From: Octopus sinensis
Lineage: Eukaryota
Length of the DNA stretch: 64,000 nt
NCBI RefSeq assembly: GCF_006345805.1
Contig: NC_042999.1
Location: forward strand, 26,288,001 to 26,352,000
Direction of reading: 5' to 3'
Below, one piece after another: positions 25,087 through 39,379 of the stretch. Position 1 is the first letter of the stretch; every line of letters starts with the position of its first letter. The position numbers and the translations under genes are program-made. The notes below the pieces were generated by a model, which was not told the origin of the DNA, did not search any database, and saw only the letters and a program-made list of their open reading frames with translations.

Positions 25087-26559
25087 ATATATATATATAT
25101 ATATATATCGCGTGGCTACTTACACGCGTATGCATGAGCGTGTTTTTCTTTTCAGGAATTATGCCAGTTTGTATTTGTATTGGCCTTAATTCTTCGTTTG
25201 TACATTTTCATATTTTTCGTTCTTATCACAATTTATGCAATCATACGTATGTATTCTCAGAAAACTATGAATACCATAACCAAACACACGCTTGATTAAT
25301 TTCACTAACATTTTCTAAATTCCCTTGTTGTTTGTGTTTCTATACTGTTATAAAACTTTCAAGTAACCAAAAATCTATGTTAGAGCTCCTGTAAAAAGTT
25401 ATCTTTTAACCGGATTATCCATTAGAAAGCATTTTATGTTCCCATTTCCTAGTCTCGTATGTGCCCCCCTTAAATATTGATCAGATCGATTACGTAAATA
25501 TAAACCGTCCATCAATTCGATTCATATTTACAAGCATATTTTAAGTCTACCAGAAAAATCTACCGTGTTAACATTCTCAAACAACGTGGGCCCTACCAAG
25601 TTACTCTTTCTTTATAGGAGTGCTTGAGGTAAAGGGTATGAGATAATATGGGCATAAAATGTGGATGTAGGAAGTATTTTTACGTTGAAAAACTCAGAAA
25701 AAAAATGGCTGAGGAAAAGCTTAGATATAACGGAATGAGTTTTTATATGTATTATAATATTGTTTGGAATGTTTCCCTGAACAACATGTGATAGAAAATG
25801 TGATTTCACGAGAGCTGGCGTACGGACATGTGTGTCTCGATTTTGAACTGGGTCTGTGGCGAGAAGTCAAGTGCGTCCCACAGGCTACTGAGACAGATAT
25901 AATGACATTAACGGTCAACTTTTATTTTTAACACAGAAGTGATACGGTCGAAGCAAGTTGTTTCTGAAGAGTTGTCCTTTAACAATATTTTCGTCCGAAA
26001 CGATCTGTTTGAAGATCCATTTTCTGATACTTCCTGAAGATTACATGAATGTTCCAGCGGTATAATTAATAGATTAGTGACAAGGTGGGTGGCGGGTCAA
26101 TCCCATTGATGATTCAAGTCATAAATCACGCTTGATATACTTGTACTTCAGCCCATAAACTATATGCATCAATGAGAAAAATTAATTAATCAAGAGCAAA
26201 ATAAAACAACTGTTGTCTTCAAGAGCGGTGAAGAAGACAATTACCGCTGCTTTTCCTATCGATATTTCCACAGCATTCTCAATCACAGACACTGGGATAG
26301 TCAGAATGAAAGTAAAACAGATTGTATTGTTTCGTCATTGATGGCACCATCATCTTTGTATGACGGGGTTCATTACTGGGAATGGAAGGTGCTAAAAGTA
26401 GCAAATCGTTAAAAAGGGCGTTAACACTGGGAAACAATCACAATTGATAGGATAATATGAAAGAGCACTGAAAAAAACAACGGGCCTATGTAATATCAGC
26501 TGTCTGTTAAGAATGCCCCTTGATCATGCTTTCTTTTCCAAACAAGCGAAGAAAGGGGC

Positions 26560-26725
26560 GTAAAAACTAACAGGAGATATACATTAAGGAGCATATCTAA
26601 GTGAATATAAAATAAGGGTAGAGGAACATCGAAAAGCTGTGACACGAGGGGATATTGATAAATCGGGCATAACTGATCATGTATTGGATAAATGGAGACC
26701 ACTTCCCCCTGTGGGATGAAGTGAA
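26560..26725 (+). mobile_element. Penelope-like GIY-YIG fragment
   Basis: Reads KIRVEEHRKAVTRGDIDKSGITDHVLDK then HFPLWDEV, matching R..EH..A..G...KS.+A.H......H...W. Confidence 0.65.
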
Positions 26726-26866
26726 TTATTTCAGCAATATCTTTATGTTTTGATTATGGGATACACTGTACACATTCCGATAGAAAGTGTGCTAGTATCT
26801 CATGTGGATCATCACACATTTTACATCTAGGTTATCAGTCATGCTGATCTAATATCCTTCTTCAAA

Positions 26867-27005
26867 TTCCACCGAAGTCGATTTTGCATTTAATCTTTGG
26901 TTGTCGAAAAATGAACAATCAGTCGAACACTGGAGTCGATGTAATCGAATTAAGCCAATACCCTGATATTGCTTGCGTTGGGCCAAAATTTGAAACCACA
27001 ATTGC
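26867..27005 (+). mobile_element. SINE family 2, 3' fragment, followed by (TAC)n
   Basis: TTCAAATTCCACCGAAGTCGATTTTGC..GGAGTCGATGTAATCGA..CAAAATTTGAAACC. Confidence 0.65.
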
Positions 27006-27014
27006 TATTGTCGT

Positions 27015-27077
<63 letters not shown>

Positions 27078-27848
27078 AACAGGATTTTTAAGCATCAACA
27101 AAAATACTTCATTAATTTAATTTCTTTATGGATTCATGATTTCAGCTGTCAGCAGGAAAGATCTTATATTAGTAACAAACAATATTTTATTATTAAATTA
27201 AATGAGATAACGAAATAGTAAAAAAAAAAAAAAGTAGCAATGAAATAAACTATCTTTATCTTCCCAATTTATTTAAAATGTTATTCTACTTCAGTTATGC
27301 GCATTGCACTCGATGGACTATTAATCAATCGATTGGGAAAGACAAAAGCAATCACTTGAAACCAGCCATGGCAGTAAGGATACAGCATGTCAGAAATAGA
27401 AGTAAAAATATCAAACACATTATAAAGTGTCTTCTCTAATGAATCCTAAATTAGCTCCAGTTTCAAACATGCAAGACAGCATTTTCCTCGTTTCATATAT
27501 TTTTAATGAATATATCAAGTTTCAAAAATATATGATTTGATGATTAACATAGCAAACTCAGTCAACTGATACAGTCGAAGTCGATAGAGCTCATGCAGAG
27601 AAAACGATTCCTATCAGCAACTTAAATCCGGGCATATAAGTTGCTATAGCAACAGTGTCGAATAAGATTGCACAAGCCGTCATCAAACTCATCTCAATGC
27701 TGCCGCTGCAATATGAAGCTTATTCGGGTTCACTCCCTGGAGGAAACTCTAGTTGACTACCGTATATTTTATATAAACACACTCAAACGCACATACCTAC
27801 TAAAACGCACACACACACAAGCACGCACATACACACATGCGCAACATA

Positions 27849-28257
27849 TACTCTTTTTACTCTCTCTTTTACTTGTTTCAGTCATTTGACTGCGGCCATG
27901 CTGGAGCACCGCCTTTAATCGAGCAACTCGACCCCGGGACTTATTCTTTTGTGAGCCCGGTACTTATTCTATCGGTGTCTTTTGCCGAACCGCTAAGTAA
28001 CGGGGACATAAACACACCAGCATCGGTTGTCAAGCAATGCTAGGGGGACAAACACAGACACACAGACACACACACGCATATATATATACATATATACGAC
28101 GGGCTTCTTTCAGTTTCCGTCGATCAAATCCACTCACAAGGCTTTGGTCGACCCGAGGCTATAGTAGAAGACACTTGCCCAAGGTGCCACGCAGTGGGAC
28201 TGAACCCGGAGCCATGTGGTTGGTAAACAAGCTACTTACCCCACAGCCACTCCTGCG
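27849..28257 (-). mobile_element. SINE family 1, full length
   Basis: High similarity to 9461-9840 and 29442-29851. Confidence 0.9.
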
Positions 28258-28576
28258 TATGTATATCTTTTTATCTTTTCCTTCTTGCAGTTATTAGACT
28301 ACGGTCATGCTGGTGGCGGGCACCTCCTTCATGAATTCTATTCAAACGAATCGACCCTAGTATTTATTGTCTTCTGGTAAAGCCTGGTTATTTATTATGT
28401 CGCACTCTTTTGTACAAGAGGAGAATTTTATACACACACGCACGCATTAAAAACGTCCCGTTACAACTGTTCTGAGAAATGTTGATTCGCATAACTTATA
28501 TACAGGGTGAGATTGATACCGAAGTGATTGTTGTTGCTGTCGTCGTCATCATCGTCTTTGTTGTTATTGCTGTTAG

Positions 28577-28616
<40 letters not shown>

Positions 28617-29042
28617 AAAGAGAAGGAGGTTGTGGAGGAGTAGGAGTGTCGCGTCACCGACTATCACGGCGACGTTTACAATGAAACATTCGATGAGATA
28701 AATATTAAGAGTAACACAACTTAACAAGACATCACTTTGCACAGTGTCGGCAGAAATTTTGTTTTAAACCATCATTCAGCTCCACGCAATATGTTGAAGG
28801 TATTAGATTAACTTCGCAGATAGTAATTACAGTGTTTCTGTCTTAATATCTTAGATTTTTTTAATAGATTTTTTTTTACCAATTATATAGTTGATCAGAC
28901 ACAGGATATATTGCATAACTCATGAACTATACTACCAAATGTTGCAAATTGGCTTGTATCATCAAAATCTCAGTAAATATATAGTTATATTAGCCTGATC
29001 ATTAAGAATTTCTTGATTAGGTTATGCGCAAGAGATATAACA

Positions 29043-29440
29043 TGGCCTAGATTTTCATTTCTGGTTCATCAGAAATATAATATTGTGCTGCCTCTATCAT
29101 TCCCACTTTTGCCACACGTTTCCGAAAACCACATTCGTACACGTAGGCACGGATGTTTGCATTTTGCATTCGAGCTATTGGTGCCTGGTTCACTTCTACA
29201 GTAAAACGTGGCGGGCAAGAATCTTCTAGTATACATATGTATGTGTGGCCTAGATTTTTTTTTTCTGGTTCATCAGAAATATAATATTGTGTTACCTCTA
29301 CCATTCCCACTTTTGCCACACGTTTCCGAAAACCTCATTCGTACACGTAGGCACGGATGTTTGCAATTTGCATTCAAGCTATTGGTGCCTGGTTCACTCC
29401 TACAGTAAAACGTGGTGGGCAAGAATCTTCTAATATACAT
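29043..29440. repeat. Tandem duplication, 203-bp unit x ~2
   Basis: GGCCTAGATTTT at 29044 and 29247; units about 93% alike by eye. Confidence 0.9.
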
Positions 29441-29441
29441 A

Positions 29442-29851
29442 TACTCTTTTACTTTTTTACTTGTTTCAGTCAGTTGACTGCGGCCATGCTGGAGCAACGC
29501 CTTTAGTCGAGCAAATCGATCCCGGGACTTATTCTTTTGTAAGCCCAGTACTTATTCTATCGGTCTCTTTTGCCGAACCGCTAAGTGACGGGGACATAAA
29601 CACACCAGCATCGGCTGTCAAGCACTGCTAGGGGGACAAACACAGACACACAAACATACACGCACATATATATATATACATATATACGACGGGCTTCTTT
29701 CAGTTTCCGTCTACCAAATCAACTCACAAGGCTTTGGTCGGCACGAGGCTATAGTGGAAGACACTTGCCCAAGATGCCACGCAGTGGGACTGAACCCGGA
29801 ACCATGTGGTTGGTAAGCAAGCTACTTACCACACAGCCACTCCTGCGCCTA
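29442..29851 (-). mobile_element. SINE family 1, full length
   Basis: Head TAGGCGCAGGAGTGG at 29851 down to the GAGTA tail. Confidence 0.9.
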
Positions 29852-29968
29852 TGTATGTGTATGTGTGAGTTTGGAAGCGTATGTGAGTGTTTCTATTAGA
29901 CCAGGTGCACATCGCTATTGCCTCCAAGATTCGATACTGTCTCCACTAAATATTATTATCAATTGCAA

Positions 29969-30190
29969 GGCGTAGAGCTGACGACATCGTTAGCAGCCGG
30001 GCAGAATGCTCATCGGCATTTCGTACGTTGTTGCGCTCTGAGTTCAAATGCCACCAGGGTCGACTTTCGTGTACATCCTTTCGGGATCGATAAACTAAGT
30101 ACCAGTAGAATACTGCTGTCGGTGTGATCGATTTAACCTTTCCCACGAAATTACTGGCATTGTGCCCAAACTTGAGAAGAATATTATTAA
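29969..30190 (+). mobile_element. SINE family 2, followed by (TAC)/(CAC)n microsatellite
   Basis: GGCGTAGAGCTGAC..CGTTAGCAGCCGG..GAGTTCAAATGCC..GGTCGACTTT. Confidence 0.75.
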
Positions 30191-30221
30191 CCATTACTTC
30201 AGAACTACTACTACTACTACT

Positions 30222-30257
<36 letters not shown>

Positions 30258-30289
30258 CACCACCACCACCCACCACCACCACCACCACC

Positions 30290-30320
<31 letters not shown>

Positions 30321-30350
30321 ATAATAATAATACTACTACTAATACTACTG

Positions 30351-30398
<48 letters not shown>

Positions 30399-30575
30399 TA
30401 AAAATATAAAATAAACGGAAATAGTGAATGTAAGAATGACTCAAACATTTGTAAACAAATGTATTCTCCAAAAGTGAGAATACTTAAATATATTCCTATT
30501 TGAGCCGAATTCATACCACAATTCTATATACTGAGTATAGGAACGATTAGCCACGCAAGTATTTTCATAGCGTAA

Positions 30576-31246
30576 TCTATATATATAAAACTGTAGTTGT
30601 GTGAGTGTCTGTCCCCTTCGATTTAGATTCCTAACTACTCCCACATTTTGCGGTGCAGTTTAACCAAATTCGGGTATCTTATAGTCGTGATTCATATCGA
30701 GCCCGTCTGGCTATTAGCGCGCGTCTACGATGAGTCTACGATTCTAAGAATAATTTAACATCATTTTTTATTCCATTTTAATGCATATTTTTTCATGTGT
30801 CGATGGCGGCGGAGTTGGCGTCCACGCTCACGCCTGCACCTGTTTGCTTCTCCCCCTTCTTCCCTCCCTCGTGAAGCTGTGAGGAAGGGAGTGTAAGAAA
30901 ATCAACGTCGTAAAGCGTTGTCAAGGAGACCAGCGTTCTTTTAGAACAACGACTTCATGGCTTGAAGACACCAAAACAGATATGGCTAAGAAAGCGTCTA
31001 CATGAGTCTACGATTTAAAAAAAAATTACCATCATTTTTTCCATTTTAATGCATTTTTTGCTATTATATAAGGGAAGTAACTCTCTAAAAATGTCTACGA
31101 TGAGTCAACGATTTAAAAAAAAATTACCATCATTTTTTATTCCATTTTTAATGCATTTTTTTGCTATTTTTTTGCATTAATTCTCTAAAAATGCTTATAT
31201 AGTTATTTCCCTTACAAACCCGAGCAACGCCGGGCGATACTGCTAG
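30576..31246 (+). mobile_element. Complete non-autonomous Helitron (671 bp)
   Basis: A|TCTATATATATAAAA 5' end; CCCGAGCAACGCCGGG hairpin then CTAG|T 3' end; three internal GTCTACGATGAGTC repeats. Confidence 0.85.
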
Positions 31247-31859
31247 TTGTATATAATTAGGTAACGTAGGAAATAGTGCTTTCGCTGCAGTTGATTAATC
31301 GTGTGGCAAAAAACTACAGAAATAATGATAATGATAATTGACCTTATCAGAATTTATAAACTGCAAGAGAATGTGAAATAATTATTTTTTGAACGTTGAA
31401 CCTCGACGAAAATGAAGCTATTAATAAAGAGGCGAAAGTATAGGGTTATAAAACCCTTCGATTAGTAAAAGTCGAAAGGTGCGTATGGAACATGAACCCA
31501 TATCTGTAAACATAGTAGGGACAGCGTTCGTTTGTTTTATTCTTCAATAACGCAATGTTTACATGCTATTATTTTTGGTTATATTTGCTGCAAGATACAC
31601 CGTTTCAAAGAAGAAAAATAAAACGGAATTGAAGAAGGAGGAATGCATAATAAAAATTTCATGATTAGTGTAATTCTTCAATTAAGGTTGCAAAAATATC
31701 ACAATTTCGGGAAACGTGAAAGTCAAGAAGCACTGTGCGCTAAATGGGATCAAAAACCACTGCATATGCAGTATACTCTCTGTAACAGAGAACCTGATAT
31801 AGATCAAACTTGGACCCATCTGACGAACTTCATGAATTAAATGAAGAGAATATAGGATG

Positions 31860-33040
31860 GAAGAAGAAGTTTTGAAGGATTCACCCAGCGACTGATAGAC
31901 GAAGCAATAGCAATCCGTAGGAACAACTGGATTACGGGAGTAGAGAGAGAAGAAATTCAGGAAAAGATAACAATAAAGAGCAGTAGGAGAGTGAAACAGC
32001 GATAACAGAAAGCTATTATAAATGGATAAAAGATGAAGATATGAAAAACATGGAAATCACAGAGTACTAGAGAATATAGATAAAGCAACTAATGAAGACG
32101 ACCCAGCTGGACTTGTCAAAGTAGGTATTGCAGAAGACTTGAATGATGAAGAAAATGAGATTTTAGAAATGTTGCGAGGTAAAGTGTCTGATAGGAACAA
32201 TGAAGTACCACCAACTGTAAGATATATGGACAGAAAAAATGAGGGGAGAGTAAATGAGGTTTTAAGCTTCATTAGAACAGAAAACACCAGTGAAATAAAC
32301 CAGCTAATCATAGCTGCTAATATCGTAGCTAATATAGTAGGTTACAAGCGAAAAACTGAAGATATATGAGGAAATGAAAAGGAAGAACCAAACAGGAGGA
32401 AGAGAATACGAATGAAACCGGAAAAGACACGGAAAGAACTGGGTCAACTGAATAGAAAAATGAGAGGAGAGCACAATAATAAGGTTGTAATCAGAAAATT
32501 GAACGGACAGTACAGGTTAGGAGAAAGGGAAGAAGTATATGAAGAATTGACACAAAATGTGACAGAATAAAAGGACAAATTGAAAAATTGAAAAGATATA
32601 ATGTTAGACGCAAAGGTTTCGCATAGAATAGACTATTCCAATCAAATAGAAGGCGTCTTTTTGAGGGAAGCCAACACCAGGAACTGATTCCAAATGCAGA
32701 AGAAAATACAGAATTTCGGAGATGGCTGCGGAACAGGGCGGTGAGACATGAAGAAGGAGCGGAGTGGCTAACAATGTTGGAAAAACAATATCTAACTGTG
32801 CCAATTCAGAAGGACATCAGAATTAATCCATATACACTGAAGCAAAAGTTAAAGTAAAAACAAAATAGCAAATTGGAAAGGACCAGATCCAGATGTAGTA
32901 GAAGGCTATTGGCTGAAGGACTTTAAATAGCTGCACAATTCGAAGACTGCCTGCAGCAAGGTCACTGGATGACGAGTGGAGGAACGCTGCTATGCCTGAA
33001 GGATTCCTTGAAAGGGAACTTGGCAACTATAGCTCTGGAC
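31860..33040 (+). mobile_element. R4/Dong-clade LINE, N-terminal ORF remnant ending before the RT core
   Basis: VNEVLSFIRTENTSEINQLIIAANIVANIVG, NRLFQSNRRRLF, NWKGPDPDVVEGYWLK, TLLCLKD; stops and frameshifts. Confidence 0.8.
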
Positions 33041-33659
33041 CGACTAGTGCAATATAACTAAATATCTTTGTATTTATAAATCTACATTTGCATAAATACG
33101 GATACATGTACATACATACATATATGCACATACATAAATACATCGCTCCACGAGCATATTTTAGGTGTGCGTGCTTCTAAACGCATGTTATTGTGAGTGA
33201 ATATGTGGTTTGTTATGAGTATGAATATGTGTGTACATGTGATTACTTTATCACTCAGATATTTGTGTTGTATCGACGAAGCTTTCTTTACAGAGGTCAG
33301 TATGCAATTCATGACCAGTTCTTAATACATGTAGCACTAAACATAAGGATGAGTAGAAACATGTGAAAAGTATATATCAATTAAATAAGTGCCACACTTT
33401 GAATTCAATAATGTAACCTACATTTTAAAATTATTTTCCTTACCACGAGGCATTCGTGACTTTTTCAACAAAGATGGTGTCACCAAAAAAGAAATAAAAG
33501 AAATGATTATGCTATACAAAATTCTATGTTCTCAAAAAGCCTGCGAACTCGCTCACGCGCCCCCTCTCTCTCATACACACACACACACACACATATTCAT
33601 GCACCTACACAAATACATTTATACTTACATACATATATATATACACATACATACATTTT

Positions 33660-33788
33660 ACATATATATATTTGTATGTGCGTGCATATATAATATGCAT
33701 ATATATTAATATATTTATATATATATATAAGTATATATATATAAGTATATATGTATATATGTGTGTATATATATATTATATATATAAG

Positions 33789-33822
<34 letters not shown>

Positions 33823-33945
33823 GTATATATATATATAAGTATATAGGTATATATATATAAGTATATATGAATGTATAAAGATATATATATATAAGTAGTA
33901 TATATTATATATATATATAAGTATATATATATAAGTATATATGTA

Positions 33946-33977
<32 letters not shown>

Positions 33978-33979
33978 AG

Positions 33980-34027
<48 letters not shown>

Positions 34028-34160
34028 TATATAGGTATATATATATAAGTATATATGAATGTATAAAGATATATATATATATAAGTATATATGTATATAT
34101 ATATATATATAATATATATAAGTATACATACATGTTATATATGTATGTATATATATATAT
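33660..34160. repeat. Interrupted (TA)n tract with ~190-bp higher-order repeat
   Basis: ATAGGTAT..GAATGTATAAAGAT at 33843 and 34031; ATGTATATATGTGTG at 33751 and 33941. Confidence 0.85.
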
Positions 34161-34539
34161 ACATGTTTGTGTGTGTGTATGTTTGGGTGTACATCAGCAA
34201 TAAATGTACATGCATGGAATTGATTGTAAATGTCATAACCAATATTCATCTGTCTTCAGTAGTGATTTTTATTGATGAGTACGTACCATCAATGAGGAGA
34301 CAAATACATGCATATGTGAGCATGTATATAGCGTCTATCATTTTAGACATGTGCATTTTGTGTATACAAGTATGAAGTACATTCGGAAGTTTTGAGATTG
34401 TTTTAGGAGGAGCAGTTATATCTGTGTGTATAGATCGTGATTCTCCTGTAAATATAAGCTGACCGATATTTTAGAAGTATATTAGAAGTATATGACAGAT
34501 TTAAAGAGACAGCAGTAATAGCACTTTGAAATACACCCT

Positions 34540-35450
34540 ACTAAAACCTACTTGTCACACTCGGGAGAAAGCAGTTGGGACGTTGGGCAAAGGAGTTACA
34601 GAATCTTTTGATACACTCGAGATGGCTTATGGATTAACTTGTATAAAGGCGGTGAGCTTGTAGAAACATTGGCACGCCGGGCGAAATTCTTAGCGGTATT
34701 TCGTCTGCCGTTACGTTCTGAGTTAAAATTCAGTCGAGGTCGACTTTGCCTTTCATCCTTTCGGGTCGATTAAATAAATACCAGTTACGCACTGGGGTCG
34801 ATGTAATCGACTTAATCCGTTTATCTGTCCTTGTTTGTCGCCTCTGTGTTTAGTCCCTTGTGGGTAGTAAAGAAATAGTTACGCACTGGGGTCGATGTAA
34901 TCGACTTAAACTCTCTGACTGTCCTTATTTGTCCTCTCTTTGTTTAGCCCCTTGTGGGCAATAAAGAAATATGGATCAACTTGTATGAGCCAAGCACGTT
35001 TTTCGTTGATATAAGAATCTAGGCAAAGCAAGTCCACCAGTAATATTGTAATGACACTTTTTTTCCGATAGGGGCATCGTTGTTATCACCTATTGCCTTC
35101 CTTTTAATCAGATGGTCAACAAAGATTATTTTGTGGAGATATGGAGGAAGTTCATAAAGCGGTTTCATCGCAAAATCCTAGAGGAAAATGCCAATGCACC
35201 TATCCAAAATGCCATCCTGACAAGCAACTACTTGACAGGGATCAACTAAAAACTATCCCACACGTCCCTACTATCCAGAGCGTGCTCCTTGTAATTTAGT
35301 TTGCTCCCTAAGCTGAAAGAGAAAATGGAGGAGACCTTGTCAATTTCCTAGGCACTTTCACTAGGAAAACATTCGTAGAGAAAACACACAAGGTAGATGG
35401 AGTGCTGCAGGTGGTTTGAAGTCAGTGTATCCAACGTTGAATGAGACGAG
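34540..35450 (+). mobile_element. Decayed mariner transposase interrupted by a SINE
   Basis: GKGVTESFDTLEMAYG before the SINE; after it NQMVNKDYFVEIWRKF and PYYPERAPC (TVN..YY; PYSPDLAPC). Confidence 0.75.
34645..34969 (+). mobile_element. SINE family 2, full length, duplicated tail, 17-bp TSD
   Basis: Head GGCGGTGAGC; TSD TATGGAT(T/C)AACTTGTAT at 34628-34644 and 34970-34986; tail GTTACGCACTGGGGTCG..AAAGAAATA occurs twice. Confidence 0.9.
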
Positions 35451-35585
35451 AATTTTGTGATTGTTCAAGTTTAATATTTATCTATTCTGAAACTGTCTGA
35501 AGACTGCCGGTATGTATGTGGTATATCGTCATGATAAAAACAAATGATATATAAAATGAATGAGAATTGATGGAAAAATAGCACT

Positions 35586-35590
35586 GTATA

Positions 35591-35649
<59 letters not shown>

Positions 35650-35656
35650 ATATATG

Positions 35657-35688
<32 letters not shown>

Positions 35689-35693
35689 CACAC

Positions 35694-35725
<32 letters not shown>

Positions 35726-35937
35726 CTATATATATATGCATGTATGTATATATAGCCAAAGAGAGAGAGAGAGAGTGGGGTACAGTGAGAGAGGACCAAA
35801 TGCAAATGTGTATGTGTGTTTACAGTGAAAAAATCTTTATTTATACTTCCTTCAAGGATATAAATTTAAAACAAAATTCTGGCGGCTGTATGATATCTTT
35901 CCAGGAATTAAAATTATTTTGTTTTTTGTAATAAAAT

Positions 35938-35981
<44 letters not shown>

Positions 35982-36002
35982 ACACATACACACACACAGG
36001 CA

Positions 36003-36051
<49 letters not shown>

Positions 36052-36072
36052 ACACATACACACACACAGGCA

Positions 36073-36114
<42 letters not shown>
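35586..36114. repeat. (TA)n, (GA)n and (CA)n microsatellites
   Basis: Direct reading. Confidence 0.9.
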
Positions 36115-36117
<3 letters not shown>

Positions 36118-37259
36118 ATGTATGTATTTCACTTCTTCCTCTCTACCACCTAAAATATATCAGAAATACTTTTAGTAAGAATTTCTTTCAGATAATCATA
36201 GTACTCGTTTTATTTTTAGTTTTACTGTCAGAAGCACTTGACTTTTTTATTTGTGAAGTAGACACTGCTCAACATCTGATTCCCGTTCATTTATATCGTA
36301 ATATATTGTAGAGCAAAATAATTCCAACCGTTCGTGTACTGGGTATTTGTCTCTGAAGAAGTAACAATTATTAAATATTACTAACAAGTACTTCTTAGTC
36401 TATTGTAAATGTCCTGCAATGTATCATTTCTTTTATGTTTTTTCTCTCGGTTTGTACGTCTCCTGGCTTACAGATCAATTGTTCGTACATATATCTGATA
36501 ATTTTTACCATGAAAATAGAGATTATATTTTGTTCGTATTCCATTACAGAATCCCCCCTGTTACTTTTTTTCCTACATCATTATTGGAATATTTTTCCAA
36601 CTCAATTTCAAATGTTATCTCTATTTACTGTCTCAATTTTGTAACCGATATTCGCTTGACTAAGTCTTTTCACTAAGTTAAATCATGCAAACATCAACTA
36701 TTCACAATAAAGAAGCATCATTTCAGAGTGAGGATTAGGAATATTTTTGCATTGTTTCTTGTTTTCAGTTGTTATTCTTCTGCCTATTTCCCCTGCTGTT
36801 TATTTTCCAAACAATTGAACACCAAGCATTTATCTTATTTTATTGATGCTTGTCATCATCCAATGAAACAACCGTGCTGTACCCACTGAGTGGATATTAA
36901 AATAAACATAGATGTCTCTTGGGATGTTGCAGTTTTAATTATCATCTAATAACATTACGTTTATTACTAATGTCGTTATCTATTTTTAATTGATTTTGAA
37001 TACTGATAATAAAGCCATCCATCCATCCATCCATCCATCTATATATATACACACACATACACAGATACACGGATACACAGACACACACTCATATAGCTTA
37101 AGAAGAGCACACACAGCTAGAGGAAGGCTACTACTTGATACTTGCAAAATTAAAGTATGGCGACACGAAGGCAATTTGGTCGACGCTCCACCAATTCTAT
37201 TGACTGTTCTTATCCACTCTGATTCAAATAGCAGTTTTATAAGATGTAGATCGATATTA

Positions 37260-37672
<413 letters not shown>

Positions 37673-38422
37673 CGTAAATTTACATATTTACACACATGCG
37701 TACACGCATTATTTTTATGTGAACACACATAACGCGCTTAACGCATTCGTTGTTTGATATTAAAGCAAGACCATACATAGTGGGAGTAAAATACCGCAAA
37801 GCATTACGATTTCGATCTATGAATTGTAAAGCATTTTGTTAACTGTTTTTCTGTATACTTGTTTATTTCTTTATAAGGTTTATATATGTATGAAACCTAG
37901 ACTATAAGAGTAGGTATCAAGAATTTCATAGTGAGCGTGTTTATATATAATTATCTCTGAATAATATTTCATGAGAAATAAAACAGTATTTTCTAGAGAA
38001 CTTATTCATACACTTAAACATTACAAATCGGAAAACATTACAATGATGTGGTGTTTCTTGCTGGGAGTGGAAAGAATATATATTGTGCATAAGATTTATC
38101 TTCGAACAGAAGACTATGGTTTTCTTTTGTTAAGAAGGGCTTATGCAGTACTTCATTTACAAATAAGTTGAAATTTAACTATATTGAATCATCTCTCAAT
38201 AATTTTCCATGAACATTAAAACTGGTGGTTGAAGTAAAAAAATATATTTTCATAAATGCCATGCAGAAAATTAATTCTATTCATACTTCGCTTCTGCTTT
38301 ATACATTGAATAATAATGATGAAGAAGGGCTATGAAATATATAATTTATTCTCACGTCTATTCACGCCTAGATTTGTACGTAATGTAATCAGCAATCAAT
38401 ATCATACTTTAGTGCGAAAAAT

Positions 38423-38776
38423 ATTCTTTTACTTGTTTCAGATATTTGATTGAAGCCATGCTGGAGCACCGTCTTTTGTCGAACAAATCGACCACATGAG
38501 TTATTCTTTGTAAGCCTAGTACTTATTCTCTTTTTTGTCAAACTGTTAGGTTACGGGGAAGTAACACACCAGCATTTGTCGTCAAGCGATAGTGGTGGGA
38601 CAAACACAGACACACAAATATTTATATACACATATATGCATACGATGGGCTTCTTTCAGTTTCAATCCATTCAGAAGTCTCTGGTCGACCAGAGGCTATC
38701 TTAGAAGACATTTGCCCAAGGTATCATGCAGTGGGACTGAAACCCGGAATCATGTGGTTGGGAAGCAAGCTTCTTT
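38423..38776 (-). mobile_element. SINE family 1, degenerate
   Basis: Colinear with other family-1 copies; extreme 5' head lost. Confidence 0.85.
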
Positions 38777-39379
38777 ATTTCATTAAATTGACTACACTGG
38801 CCTTACATAGAGAAAAGAAAGCTGCGGGTTGGACACAGACATAATGTTATATGAGATGTTAAGGGAAAATGATGATTAATGAGGTAAACAAGCAACACTG
38901 CCGATTGTTTGTTTCTCAAAACCATTGTTCTCTTGTTTATCATACATGAAGCAATAAACCTCTCACAATTGTTCATAATTGTTCATCGATACACAAAAAA
39001 ATGAGGCACAACGCCTCATACTTTGTTAAAAACCTCTTACCCATATTCCTCTTCTTACCCATATTCCTCTTCAGTATCGCTTGCAACCACGTACCCCGCC
39101 ATTATCCACGCCTCATTCAAGCACACAGCGGGTGACGTGTCGGCGTCGCCCGGCCACAAGCGATACTCCTCATTGAGCTTCTTCAGCCTTTGCAACACGG
39201 GCAACGTTATAACCTCCACAGCTATCTGCCGAGGCCATTTGGGATCCTGTGTGCAGGTCAGAGTTGCTCTCTTATGGTGCTTCTCCAACACCTCCTCCAC
39301 ATCTACGCCCCTGTGGAAGAAGACAAGTAATTCTTCCTCCTCAGAGGACGAGGTAGTCACTTCCACCATCGGAAGTTTT

